A stretch of 32,000 nucleotides of DNA. Origin: Candidatus Altimarinota bacterium (GTDB lineage Bacteria; Patescibacteriota; Gracilibacteria; UBA1369). The stretch is taken from NCBI GenBank assembly GCA_041659405.1, contig JBAZYK010000005.1:1796-33795 (forward strand). Reading direction: 5' to 3'. How positions within the stretch are numbered: position 1 is the first letter of the stretch; each line of letters starts with the position of its first letter. The notes under the pieces were generated by a model. The model did not search any database. It saw only the letters and a program-made list of their open reading frames with translations, and was not told the DNA's origin. This document shows positions 9,001-15,954 of this stretch, one piece after another. The position numbers were made by a program, and so were the translations under genes.

Positions 9001-10824
9001 TGGATCATTAAAAGGTAAACCATTTCCGGTTTTAGTTTCACGTCCATCAAGGCTGATTCCGGTTTTGGCTTCTTCCGTAGTAATGGAAAGATCCTGAATG
9101 GAACTAAGTGAAATACCATTATTATCATATTTTGACATCCAGAAAGATTTTCCATTAACGGTTGCCTGTAAATTAATTCTGGATGATGGTGGCTTAACTG
9201 TAACCGTAGTGTAAACAATTCCATCAACTGGTTTTTTAGGGTTGTTTTGATCTTCCGGAGCGGCCACTTTTAATTTGACCACATAAGTTCCCGGATTTTG
9301 ATAAATACATTGACTCACAGTACCGGTTTTTTCACCACTGTTATCACCACAACTCCAGGTGAAATTATTATCCGGAATTGTATTGTTATTTGGATCAAGA
9401 CTCTTTAAAGCATCCAAATTAACAACCAGTGGAGCGTTTCCCTGGCTAATATCCGCATGAATTGCACTATAGACAAATTGCAGGTCCTTAACTTTTTCAT
9501 AAAGAGAAGACATATCTTTAACAATTTGGAGCATGGCGGCGTTATCCGGCACACTCTTAAGTGTTGGTAAAGCAGGACTTAAATCCGCTGCATGAACCAC
9601 GTCCACGAAAACCAAAGCTAATCCCTTTAAAATGGAATCCGCCTGACTGTTTAATGAAACGACATTTCCACGAATTATTTCAGATTGAAGATCATTTTTG
9701 TTTACCAATGTTTCAAGATCTCCGGTAACGTTATCAAAACTGGTCTGAATCTCGGGCAAATCGCTGGCCTGCTTGATGCGGGCGGAAAGTTCCGTTAATT
9801 GGCTATAGGCTTTAATAACAGCCTGGGCAAAATCCTGATTATTGGCGCCCATTAAACCGGTTTGTTCAACCGAACCCGGGGCCTGACTTGCCTGATCCAA
9901 AAAGGTATCCGCACCGGCTTCATTTTTAATGTCGTTGGTGTACGTACTGTAATTGGTTTTATACCAAAATTGTTCCCAATAAGTGTTTGGGTCTTTTTCA
10001 CTTGCAACCTCATCGATGGCTTTATCGGAAATCTTTAAATATTTATCATAAACCAGCAACATGTGCTGGGCTTTTTCCGATACCTGACTTAAAGATCCGG
10101 CTTTGACCAGTATGTTATTTAAAATATTCTTTTTATTCTGAAGAGTACTCTTTAATGTTTGTGGTGAGGTGATTTGTTTTTCCAAATCAACATTGATAAG
10201 CGTCAGCACATCTGTACGAATTTCGGAATAATTTTGATACGCGGTAAGAAAATCACGCGCAATCTGCTGAACGGCAATAGCGGCATAATTGAAAAATGCG
10301 CGTCGATCGGAAGTTGAAACTGTTCCGCCAGTGGCAGCTCCGTTAAGTGTATTGTTTTCTTTTCCGCTTGGAGCCTGCAAAACCGTGTTAACAATGGCGA
10401 AAGATCCCATAATAATCAAAAGACCCGTAACGGCATAGGTGATGGACTTTTTACCAACCTCGGTTTTATCTTCCTTGCCCATGGCTGTTACATAAAGCAC
10501 ACCTCCGTAAACAATTACCAAAACGGCAATTAAACCCAAAAAGCCTAGCGCAAAATTGGTTACATTACGAATGTAGTCTCGGGCAGTTGGGGCTTGCGTC
10601 AATGCCGGGGCGTAGCCGGCCGTGTCCGGAGCGGTAAGTCCGCCCTGAAAATTGGTAAAAGTGGTTTGTTCTCCACCGCCGCAAGAAAGAATGCCTTTGG
10701 TGGCATCACTTACGCTGCCGCAGAAATCAAACGCACCTGCCTGCATTGGCATGGTTAAGCTTAAAATCATGCCTAAAGTAAGCATGATTTCCTTTATTTT
10801 TGTGTTTTTCAGGATATTATTCAT
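6061..10824 (-). CDS. Giant surface protein: signal peptide, one VirB2/TrbC-like pilin module, a helical region, ~10 PKD-like domains and a C-terminal TM anchor (1587 aa)
   Basis: Signal-like N-terminus (...LSLTMPMQAGA). Pilin-type module FALGFLGLIAVLVIVYGGVLYVTAMGKEDKTEVGKKSITYAVTGLLIIMGSFAIVNTVL. PKD signatures (VKWDFGDKS, YSWDLGDGT, YIWDFEGNG, YSWDFNLAV and others). Acidic Ca-loop-like DANGDGIKDNDLD and DSNGNGIKDDDED. C-terminal VLVTIAGFGILFVSMRVLKSKKQK. Confidence 0.9.
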   Translation of the reverse strand: MNNILKNTKIKEIMLTLGMILSLTMPMQAGAFDFCGSVSDATKGILSCGGGEQTTFTNFQGGLTAPDTAGYAPALTQAPTARDYIRNVTNFALGFLGLIAVLVIVYGGVLYVTAMGKEDKTEVGKKSITYAVTGLLIIMGSFAIVNTVLQAPSGKENNTLNGAATGGTVSTSDRRAFFNYAAIAVQQIARDFLTAYQNYSEIRTDVLTLINVDLEKQITSPQTLKSTLQNKKNILNNILVKAGSLSQVSEKAQHMLLVYDKYLKISDKAIDEVASEKDPNTYWEQFWYKTNYSTYTNDIKNEAGADTFLDQASQAPGSVEQTGLMGANNQDFAQAVIKAYSQLTELSARIKQASDLPEIQTSFDNVTGDLETLVNKNDLQSEIIRGNVVSLNSQADSILKGLALVFVDVVHAADLSPALPTLKSVPDNAAMLQIVKDMSSLYEKVKDLQFVYSAIHADISQGNAPLVVNLDALKSLDPNNNTIPDNNFTWSCGDNSGEKTGTVSQCIYQNPGTYVVKLKVAAPEDQNNPKKPVDGIVYTTVTVKPPSSRINLQATVNGKSFWMSKYDNNGISLSSIQDLSITTEEAKTGISLDGRETKTGNGLPFNDPTIKNSPVAKVKWDFGDKSNTKNTVEGPPDTISQVQTVKYIKEGSYRVTLEVTDDRGITDRKIFNIVVSSIAARINVTHGNELKLNDQATFDGSASASANSQVKTYDWKIMQLATKGGNSIDLTPPEAKNVDTLKYTFKEPGNYDVSLSVSDGSNDASTVVRIHVVSKPPVAQFSFDNSDKSQPNTYILDGAKSYDPDSSEDIAYRWEFSTAPGNCTYINGKTENDCVLFFKDYSTDKNLSKIKVRLNKGKYTITLSVRDPAEIAKVTTQEQRITVDNDLDVGWGDDGKPITAKLNAGSVDVNFVMSSLNGVSYELDTGDGAKENGSITASPFTVKHTYNKSGSFIAKLMVFDNNNNQNNTIRKVFIASDNIPVAAISLTQDGNDLSDTSSTITANRKTQFVFDAGKSINIDGTGKKLNYSWDLGDGTLSTKKQVTHTFTELTPKDKPYYKITLKVTNQDDATQVSPIDEIHINVATQPPVVQGLTAIPAGTSTTTPVNVNVTANGANDPDGKIVSYRWWYYDIDNPEDQKGLQLSESPNTTIVIGTNGVEGQKKTYGFAVMATDNDNQTFNTQDGLDDSMIPKLAVTNGPNKSPVAKLNVDRTNVMVGDTVSFSSSSTDPDANGSIATYIWDFEGNGFADNVLTNDYNKPNVSYVYTKPYKDGVKVKLKVIDNNGAESISDPVMMYVDAKTAPPVAAFTSQQLDGKKIQFTNNSTADAVNGANLAKYSWDFNLAVDANGDGIKDNDLDSTEQAPTYEYPDYGVFRAKLVVADDQGNQASVINFVNIKAPVLVVTKTQQVTQQIVKPVPVVTPIQQPTQPTQTLQKLEARLTSAPAPSVTDNRIHLQGDSGTVIFNFSDSRGPIKSYIIDKNIYYDSNGNGIKDDDEDYKTTAPGTWTTQFFKSYGQDSVKLTVVDDKGTKSSVIKDIVFDVPNAPIKSQLGVDIFAGTNSNEIPGVLVTIAGFGILFVSMRVLKSKKQK

Positions 10825-10885
10825 AGTTTTTGTTTTTATTTATCATATTATTTTAGCATAAAATCCACTTTTCTTTAAGGGCTAA

Positions 10886-11914
10886 TTAAAGACCCGGGTT
10901 TGTGGGCAAACTTGCCGGCGAACTTGAGCCGGCTTTTTCGGAGCCGGTGGTCGGTTGCAGGGTTACAACGGTGTTCACAATTCCAAAAGCAGCCATGGCC
11001 AATAAAAGACCTATGGTAGCCCCAATAAAGACTTTCTTGGCTTTAGCGGTGTTATCTTCTTTACCAAAAGCAATAACATAAAGGTAACCTCCATAAATGA
11101 ACATAATTGCTGCGACAGTTGCGGCGAATCCGGAAATAAAATTGGTTAATTTTACCACAAATTGCGCGGCGACTACGGTATTTGGCAGTGTTTTTCCCTG
11201 ACTTGGGAAAAGTACATCTTTGATCGCAAATTCGGAAATTCCAATCACAATCAGACCTACAACGGCCCACATAATCTGTTTTTTAACCTTACCCTGAACT
11301 TCTTCATTGCCGGCGCCAATAACCAAACGGAAACCTCCAATTACAATCATCAAAATTGCCAAAGCGGCGGCAAAATATTCCATAAAACTGTAGAAGCCTT
11401 TGATGGTTTCGGTCCCCTGTTTGGCCGCATCTAAAAGCTCCGCCTGGCTGCGATAAATCTCGCCCTGAGCGCCCCAAAATACTTTTACAACCTGATCGGC
11501 AATAATAATAACGAGCAGACCAATAATCGCATATTTAAGGTTTTCTTTTTGTTTATCCGCGATCTGATCAACCTGGCGGCCCGAGGTAATCAGACGAATT
11601 CCGGAAACAATAATCATAAAAATGGCAATAGTGCCCATTACATATTTTGCAAAATCAATCGCATACCAAACGGCGCTTGTGATGTTGCTTGCGCCCGATT
11701 CAATCGAGGCGTTGGCATTGGCGTTGGTGTTGTAAGTGGGAAGTCCAATATTGTTTTCGAGTTGATTTAAAACTCCACCCGGAGACTGAGCATTGGTTTG
11801 GGCATTTGCCGGAACTGTCAGGGTCAAAACAAGGCTGGCCAAAATCAAAAATCCACACAGTGGAATAACTGTTTCTTTTAGAATTTCGCTAATTTTTTGG
11901 ACGAACTTTTTCAT
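10886..11914 (-). CDS. Secreted/membrane protein made of three tandem VirB2/TrbC-like pilin modules (342 aa)
   Basis: Signal peptide (...LTLTVPANAQ). Three modules of hydrophobic helix, G-rich turn, charged loop, hydrophobic helix: IAIFMIIVSGIRLITSGRQVDQIADKQKENLKYAIIGLLVIIIA; LAILMIVIGGFRLVIGAGNEEVQGKVKKQIMWAVVGLIVIGIS; VAAIMFIYGGYLYVIAFGKEDNTAKAKKVFIGATIGLLLAMAAFGIVNTVV. Confidence 0.85.
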   Translation of the reverse strand: MKKFVQKISEILKETVIPLCGFLILASLVLTLTVPANAQTNAQSPGGVLNQLENNIGLPTYNTNANANASIESGASNITSAVWYAIDFAKYVMGTIAIFMIIVSGIRLITSGRQVDQIADKQKENLKYAIIGLLVIIIADQVVKVFWGAQGEIYRSQAELLDAAKQGTETIKGFYSFMEYFAAALAILMIVIGGFRLVIGAGNEEVQGKVKKQIMWAVVGLIVIGISEFAIKDVLFPSQGKTLPNTVVAAQFVVKLTNFISGFAATVAAIMFIYGGYLYVIAFGKEDNTAKAKKVFIGATIGLLLAMAAFGIVNTVVTLQPTTGSEKAGSSSPASLPTNPGL

Positions 11915-11934
11915 TTTTATTTTAAAATTTATTT

Positions 11935-12984
11935 TTATTGACCCGGCAGAGTCCCGCCGGTTGGTTGTGTCACTTGTCCGTTGCCGCTGGTGCCAAAATT
12001 TCCGGAAATAATTGTGCTCACAATGGCAAAAGATCCATACATGATAATAATTCCAACAAGAGCTGAAACAATGATTCTTTTGGCTTTCCCCTGAGTTTCT
12101 TCATTGCCCGCGGAGGCAATATACATAATGCCGCCCGCAACCAGAGCTATGATGGCGATAGGGCTAACGATACTTAAAACCATGTTGGTGAATCCCACCA
12201 ATTCACTTACGCCCTGAGCGGGATTGAATGATGGCGCCGCTCCTCCAACAGTGGGGTAACGTGTAACATCAACTTTGTAGAAGACGTTGTTGATAATCGG
12301 ATCGGCAATAATAATCAAGAATAAGCCCAGCGCGCCATAAGCAAGGTTCTTTTTATCCAGGGCAATTTTGTCTTCCGCGCTGCCCATTGCAATCATGCGC
12401 ATGCCACTTCTGACAACGAAAAAAACCGAAATCGCGCCAATAAGATATTTGATGAAAGTTACGATAAATTTGGCTTTTTGGTCAAAAATAGTCACCGAAC
12501 GGATAATCGCATTTGGGTCTTTTAAAAAGCCTCCCTGCGTACAGGCAAGTCCGGAAAAGTCCTTACCGTTTTCACAATAAACCGAGAAAATACGGGCAAG
12601 ATCTCCGGAAAACCCAACAACCGCCAAGCCGATTATGCCGTAAATGATGGTCGATCTTTGCTTGGTATAAACTTCTTCATTTCCGCCGCCAATAACCATT
12701 CTGATGCCGGCATAGACGATTAAGCCTACAGCAACAGCTCCCAAAAGATAGCGCACGTTTTGGATAACGCTTAAGGCTAAGCTAAAAACTTGAGCGGAAG
12801 CACTGCCTTGCGCCGGAGCCTGCAAGCCGCTGTAGCCCGGCGTGGAAATACTTGGCAAAGGCAAAGTGGTGGTGGTCTTTGCGTTTTCGGCTAAAGCTAA
12901 AGGCATACTCGCAGTTAATACAACCGCTAAAGTTGCGCTAAAAATTGCCAATTTGACCAAGAATTTGTTTATTTTTTTGAGCAT
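11935..12984 (-). CDS. Paralogous protein with three tandem VirB2/TrbC-like pilin modules (349 aa)
   Basis: Signal peptide (...ASMPLALAEN). Modules: VAVGLIVYAGIRMVIGGGNEEVYTKQRSTIIYGIIGLAVVGFS; ISVFFVVRSGMRMIAMGSAEDKIALDKKNLAYGALGLFLIIIA; IAIIALVAGGIMYIASAGNEETQGKAKRIIVSALVGIIIMYGSFAIVSTII. It has the same architecture as the gene 20 nt downstream. Confidence 0.85.
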   Translation of the reverse strand: MLKKINKFLVKLAIFSATLAVVLTASMPLALAENAKTTTTLPLPSISTPGYSGLQAPAQGSASAQVFSLALSVIQNVRYLLGAVAVGLIVYAGIRMVIGGGNEEVYTKQRSTIIYGIIGLAVVGFSGDLARIFSVYCENGKDFSGLACTQGGFLKDPNAIIRSVTIFDQKAKFIVTFIKYLIGAISVFFVVRSGMRMIAMGSAEDKIALDKKNLAYGALGLFLIIIADPIINNVFYKVDVTRYPTVGGAAPSFNPAQGVSELVGFTNMVLSIVSPIAIIALVAGGIMYIASAGNEETQGKAKRIIVSALVGIIIMYGSFAIVSTIISGNFGTSGNGQVTQPTGGTLPGQ

Positions 12985-13014
12985 ACCGACAAAATACGCT
13001 TAATAAATCTATTT

Positions 13015-13042
13015 ATTATACCAGACAATGGGTCTTTGTGAA
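13015..13042 (-). promoter_or_regulatory. Sigma70-type promoter with an extended -10, driving the pilin/PKD operon
   Basis: Minus strand reads TTCACA-N16-(TGG)TATAAT. The -10 is consensus with an upstream TG. It lies about 30 nt upstream of the ATG at 12984. Confidence 0.6.
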
Positions 13043-13059
13043 AGGCAAAGAGCGCGAAA

Positions 13060-13244
13060 CTTGCTCACAGCTTTTTCAGGTGGTTTTCCGGAGGGAATGG
13101 CTTCTTGGCGAACGCTTCGCCTGTTCGCTGCGGCTACCATGTACGCCTCCGCGAAGGTCTCGCATCATGATGCTCGACCGGCTGCGCTCGCAATGTCGCC
13201 AAGAAGCCATTCCCTCCGGAAACTTGGAGAAACCTGTGGGCAAG
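13060..13244 (+). ncRNA. Candidate structured RNA or palindromic element: long G+C-rich hairpin with a perfect 27-bp stem (13085..13111 / 13196..13222) around an 84-nt core
   Basis: TTTCCGGAGGGAATGGCTTCTTGGCGA is exactly complementary to TCGCCAAGAAGCCATTCCCTCCGGAAA. An outer 11-bp helix pairs 13060..13070 with 13234..13244, and partial pairing bridges the two. Every non-Watson-Crick pair is G-U only when read on the + strand. The region is visibly more G+C-rich than its flanks. No known RNA family was recognised. Confidence 0.4.
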
Positions 13245-13347
13245 GACGTAGTATTTGCAAAACGCTATTTTCTCAAAATCTTTGTATATTTAACTTGTTT
13301 TTAGTAGGATGGGCCCCTGATTGCGCTTGGATTCTAATAAATTATTT

Positions 13348-13638
13348 ATGGCATTTGAAAATGCTCCAAAAGATTTGCTTGTAATAAAAAAAGTCATGGA
13401 AGAAGAAGTAATGCCTGCAATTAAAGAAAAAAGGTACTTCGTCGCCCAAATGGAAATAGGAAATATCCTTGGTGGAGTAGATCAAGATCTGGTGAGAGAC
13501 GAACATTGTGGCATGGGCTTAATTGCAAGTCTAAAAGCTTTAGAAAAGGCGTTGAAAAAAGAAAAAGTTGATCAACTTGAAGGTGGAATATTAAGAGTTA
13601 GGGCTTATTTAGCCCAAGCGTTGATGTATTATCGGTAA
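13348..13638 (+). CDS. Hypothetical small soluble protein (96 aa from the first ATG)
   Basis: ORF MAFENAPKDLLVIKKVMEEEVMPAIKEKRYF...LAQALMYYR. The ORF track extends it to a TTG at 13321, but the ATG at 13348 is preferred. No recognisable motif. Confidence 0.45.
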   Translation: MAFENAPKDLLVIKKVMEEEVMPAIKEKRYFVAQMEIGNILGGVDQDLVRDEHCGMGLIASLKALEKALKKEKVDQLEGGILRVRAYLAQALMYYR

Positions 13639-13652
13639 AGATTTGTTTTAAT

Positions 13653-13707
13653 GCCGCGCAACAATATCCGACCAGCTAGTCCATGCGTTGGCGTGGCCTT
13701 TCTCCTT
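13653..13707 (+). terminator. Possible terminator hairpin after the 96-aa ORF
   Basis: GCCGCGCAAC...GTTGGCGTGGC forms an imperfect ~10-bp stem (one bulge, one G-U) followed by CTTTCTCCTT. The loop is long (~24 nt), so this is weak. Confidence 0.25.
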
Positions 13708-13754
13708 GAATAACACGTAGTTTTTTTGAAAAAAGCGGTTTTTCTAAAATCCGC

Positions 13755-13783
13755 TTGAAAAGCTTGGGGGATGTTTGTATACT
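13755..13783 (+). promoter_or_regulatory. Sigma70-type promoter of the secE-nusG-rplK-rplA operon
   Basis: TTGAAA (13755-13760), 17-nt spacer, TATACT (13778-13783), about 80 nt upstream of the secE ATG. Confidence 0.6.
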
Positions 13784-13861
13784 GGCATTCGGGTTTGGGC
13801 CGAGCTTTTTAAAGGTGTGGTCGTCTCAATAATTACTATCATTTCTTTTGTCTAAATCAAC

Positions 13862-14197
13862 ATGAAACGTTTTATAGAAGCCACTAAAAACTATTTTCAG
13901 GACAGTTATCAGGAATTAAAAAAGGTAACCTGGCCAACTCGTAATAAGGCTATTCGTCTGACATTGATTGTTTTGGGTTTTTGTTTAGTTGCAGCCATTG
14001 TAATGGGTGCTTTAGATCTTACTTTTAATACAGGTTATCGTTATTTGGTTGATTATGCTGCAAAAGTTGCTCCAGCTCCGGCTCAGGTTGAACAAACCGC
14101 TCCATCAACTCCATTAAGCGCAGAGGGATCACCAATTACAATAGCTCCGGGGTCAGTTAAGGTTGATGCTGTTCCGGCTACAACTCCTACAAAATAA
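13862..14197 (+). CDS. secE: Preprotein translocase subunit SecE (with a C-terminal extension)
   Basis: ELKKVTWPTRNKAIRLTLIVLGFCLVAAIVMGALD is the SecE signature (KKVxWP plus a single TM helix). It sits immediately upstream of nusG. Confidence 0.9.
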   Translation: MKRFIEATKNYFQDSYQELKKVTWPTRNKAIRLTLIVLGFCLVAAIVMGALDLTFNTGYRYLVDYAAKVAPAPAQVEQTAPSTPLSAEGSPITIAPGSVKVDAVPATTPTK

Positions 14198-14223
14198 TAA
14201 TTAATTTTCTTTTTCTTTAGATT

Positions 14224-14769
14224 ATGGCAAAGCAAGCCAAAGGTACAGGCAGACACTGGTATGTGGTTCACACTTATTCCGGTTATGAAGATGCAGTTCG
14301 TGAAGCACTTTTGCAACGTATTGAATCGCTTAATATGCAGGATTTGATTTTTGATGTTGTCGTTCCAAAAGAGACTCAAATTGTGATCAAAAAAGGCGAG
14401 CCTAAACAGGAAAAGAGACGTATTTTTCCGGGTTATGTTTTAGTTGATATGACTGTAACCGATGATTCTTGGTATGTAGTTCGAAATACACCAAACGTAA
14501 CCGGTTTCGTTGGCTCCGGTACAACACCTGTTCCGGTTTCGGAAGAAGAATTTAAGCTGATTAAAAGACACATGGGTGAAAATGAACCAAAGTTCAAAAT
14601 CGATTTTGCGGTTGGCGATCATGTTATTATTTTGGATGGACCTTTTGTCAATTACGATGGTGTTGTCAATAAAGTTGATGAAGAAAAAGGTAAAGTTAAA
14701 GTTCTCATTAGCATTTTCGGACGTGAAACGCCTGTTGAACTTGATTTCACCCAGGTCAAAAAGAAATAA
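14224..14769 (+). CDS. nusG: Transcription termination/antitermination factor NusG
   Basis: WYVVHTYSGYEDAVREAL (NGN domain), FPGYVLVDM, and the KOW motif GDHVIILDGPFVNYDGVVNKVD...KVKVLISIFGRETPVELDFTQV. Confidence 0.95.
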   Translation: MAKQAKGTGRHWYVVHTYSGYEDAVREALLQRIESLNMQDLIFDVVVPKETQIVIKKGEPKQEKRRIFPGYVLVDMTVTDDSWYVVRNTPNVTGFVGSGTTPVPVSEEEFKLIKRHMGENEPKFKIDFAVGDHVIILDGPFVNYDGVVNKVDEEKGKVKVLISIFGRETPVELDFTQVKKK

Positions 14770-14771
14770 TC

Positions 14772-15500
14772 ATGAACAAATCCAACTTATTCACGCTTTT
14801 TTTGGCTGGAGTATTGGTTGTCATCGGCTCGGAACTTTTGGTGGATGATTATTTAAAAACGCCCGTTTTAAAAAATTCTCAAGCGGATGTTTTGGATGTA
14901 GGGGCGGCGACCACTCAGGGAAGCGCAAACGCGCAGACTAAAGGAACGCAAGCTCTTTCGACCTTAGCGCAAACCGCGAAAACCGCGAATGTGCAAAATG
15001 CCCAGGTTGCTCCTGCGCAAACTACTACCGGGCAAATCGCTCAGATTTCCGCTTTGCAAAACCAAGAGGCCGGTGGCCCGCAGATCACCTTTTCCATGAT
15101 AATAAAGGCGGGTTTTGCTCAAACTACCCTGCAGCGTGCCCCATTTACCGGCATGCTTTTTGATACGATCGATCTTCAAAACTCTTTGTCCGTACCGGTT
15201 TTGCAGCAATATCTGTTAAAAAACAATGTGGCGCGGGCGGCGACTTTCTATGAAATCCATCTTCAAAATAAAGAAATGGCCGGCGAGGTTTTCAGCTTAA
15301 TAAAGCAGAAAGCTGCTGCTCAAGCCGGAGCCCTTTTAAACGCTTCAAACGGTTTTGGCGAAGGGTCGTTTTATATCAATTATTTAGATAATACAAATCA
15401 TGCATTTTTAGTTGTCAAAAAGGGATCGAGTGTGTATGCTCTGACTTACGTGAAGGACTACCATCCTTATATCGCCAAGCTTATTCAATTATTACCTTAA
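14772..15500 (+). CDS. Hypothetical N-terminally anchored protein inserted between nusG and rplK (242 aa)
   Basis: ORF starts 2 nt after the nusG stop. It has an N-terminal hydrophobic helix ([18 protein letters not shown]), a Q/A/T-rich linker and a C-terminal globular part. No known motif. Confidence 0.7.
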   Translation: MNKSNLFTLFLAGVLVVIGSELLVDDYLKTPVLKNSQADVLDVGAATTQGSANAQTKGTQALSTLAQTAKTANVQNAQVAPAQTTTGQIAQISALQNQEAGGPQITFSMIIKAGFAQTTLQRAPFTGMLFDTIDLQNSLSVPVLQQYLLKNNVARAATFYEIHLQNKEMAGEVFSLIKQKAAAQAGALLNASNGFGEGSFYINYLDNTNHAFLVVKKGSSVYALTYVKDYHPYIAKLIQLLP

Positions 15501-15510
15501 AAAAATCACT

Positions 15511-15936
15511 ATGGCTAAGAAGCTATTAACAATGGTGAAACTGCAGATCCCTGCGGGTAAAGCCAATCCAGCACCTCCAATTGGTCCGGCCTTGGGTCAA
15601 CATGGTGTAAATATCCAGGCTTTCTGTCAGCAATTCAATGCTGCTACAGCAAAAGTTGGCGATACTATTATCCCGGTTGAAATCTCCATTTTTGATGACC
15701 GTACTTTTACGTTCATCATGAAGACTCCTCCAGCTTCAGTCCTTATTTTGAAGGCTTTGAATCTGCCAAAGGGCTCAGGAGTGCCAAACAAGAATAAAAT
15801 CGGTGAACTTACTATGGCTCAGGTAAAAGAAATTGCCGAGAAAAAAATGCCTGATCTTAATGCGAGCGATATTAACGCTGCCATGAAGATTATTGCCGGA
15901 ACTGCAAGAAGTATGGGTGTAACGGTTAAAAACTAA
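15511..15936 (+). CDS. rplK: 50S ribosomal protein L11
   Basis: [36 protein letters not shown]...[10 protein letters not shown] is a canonical L11 sequence. Confidence 0.97.
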   Translation: MAKKLLTMVKLQIPAGKANPAPPIGPALGQHGVNIQAFCQQFNAATAKVGDTIIPVEISIFDDRTFTFIMKTPPASVLILKALNLPKGSGVPNKNKIGELTMAQVKEIAEKKMPDLNASDINAAMKIIAGTARSMGVTVKN

Positions 15937-15954
15937 TAATTAGAATTAATTATT

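Noticed and set aside
13038-13056. RNase P RNA-like string GUGAAAGG...AAGAGCGC (resembles the J11/12-P12 region of type A RNase P RNA)
   Set aside because: No P4 strands (GAGGAAAGUCC / ACAGAAxxCGGCUUA) on either strand. The GC-rich region is too short (~220 nt), the element order is wrong, and a perfect 27-bp duplex is not part of RNase P.
13075-13105. SRP-RNA-like string CAGGU...UUCC-GGAG-GGAA (a GNAR-type tetraloop hairpin)
   Set aside because: The conserved AGCA/GGAA symmetric-loop context of SRP helix 8 is missing. The same bases are fully engaged in the 27-bp perfect stem, and the mirrored arm produces the same pseudo-motif by symmetry.
13308-13345. tmRNA-like 5' end (GGGCCCCTGATTGCGCTTGGATTC versus GGGGCUGAUUCUGGAUUCGAC)
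   Set aside because: No downstream tag-peptide reading frame, no T-arm (GGTTCGAATCC-like) and no CCA-proximal acceptor strand within the next 500 nt. The region is instead the start of a plausible 96-aa ORF.
13028-13384. 118-aa and 88-aa + strand ORFs across the GC-rich region
   Set aside because: They read straight through both arms of the 27-bp inverted repeat and give Arg/Ala/Ser-rich nonsense-like sequence with no start context. The region is better explained as a structured element.
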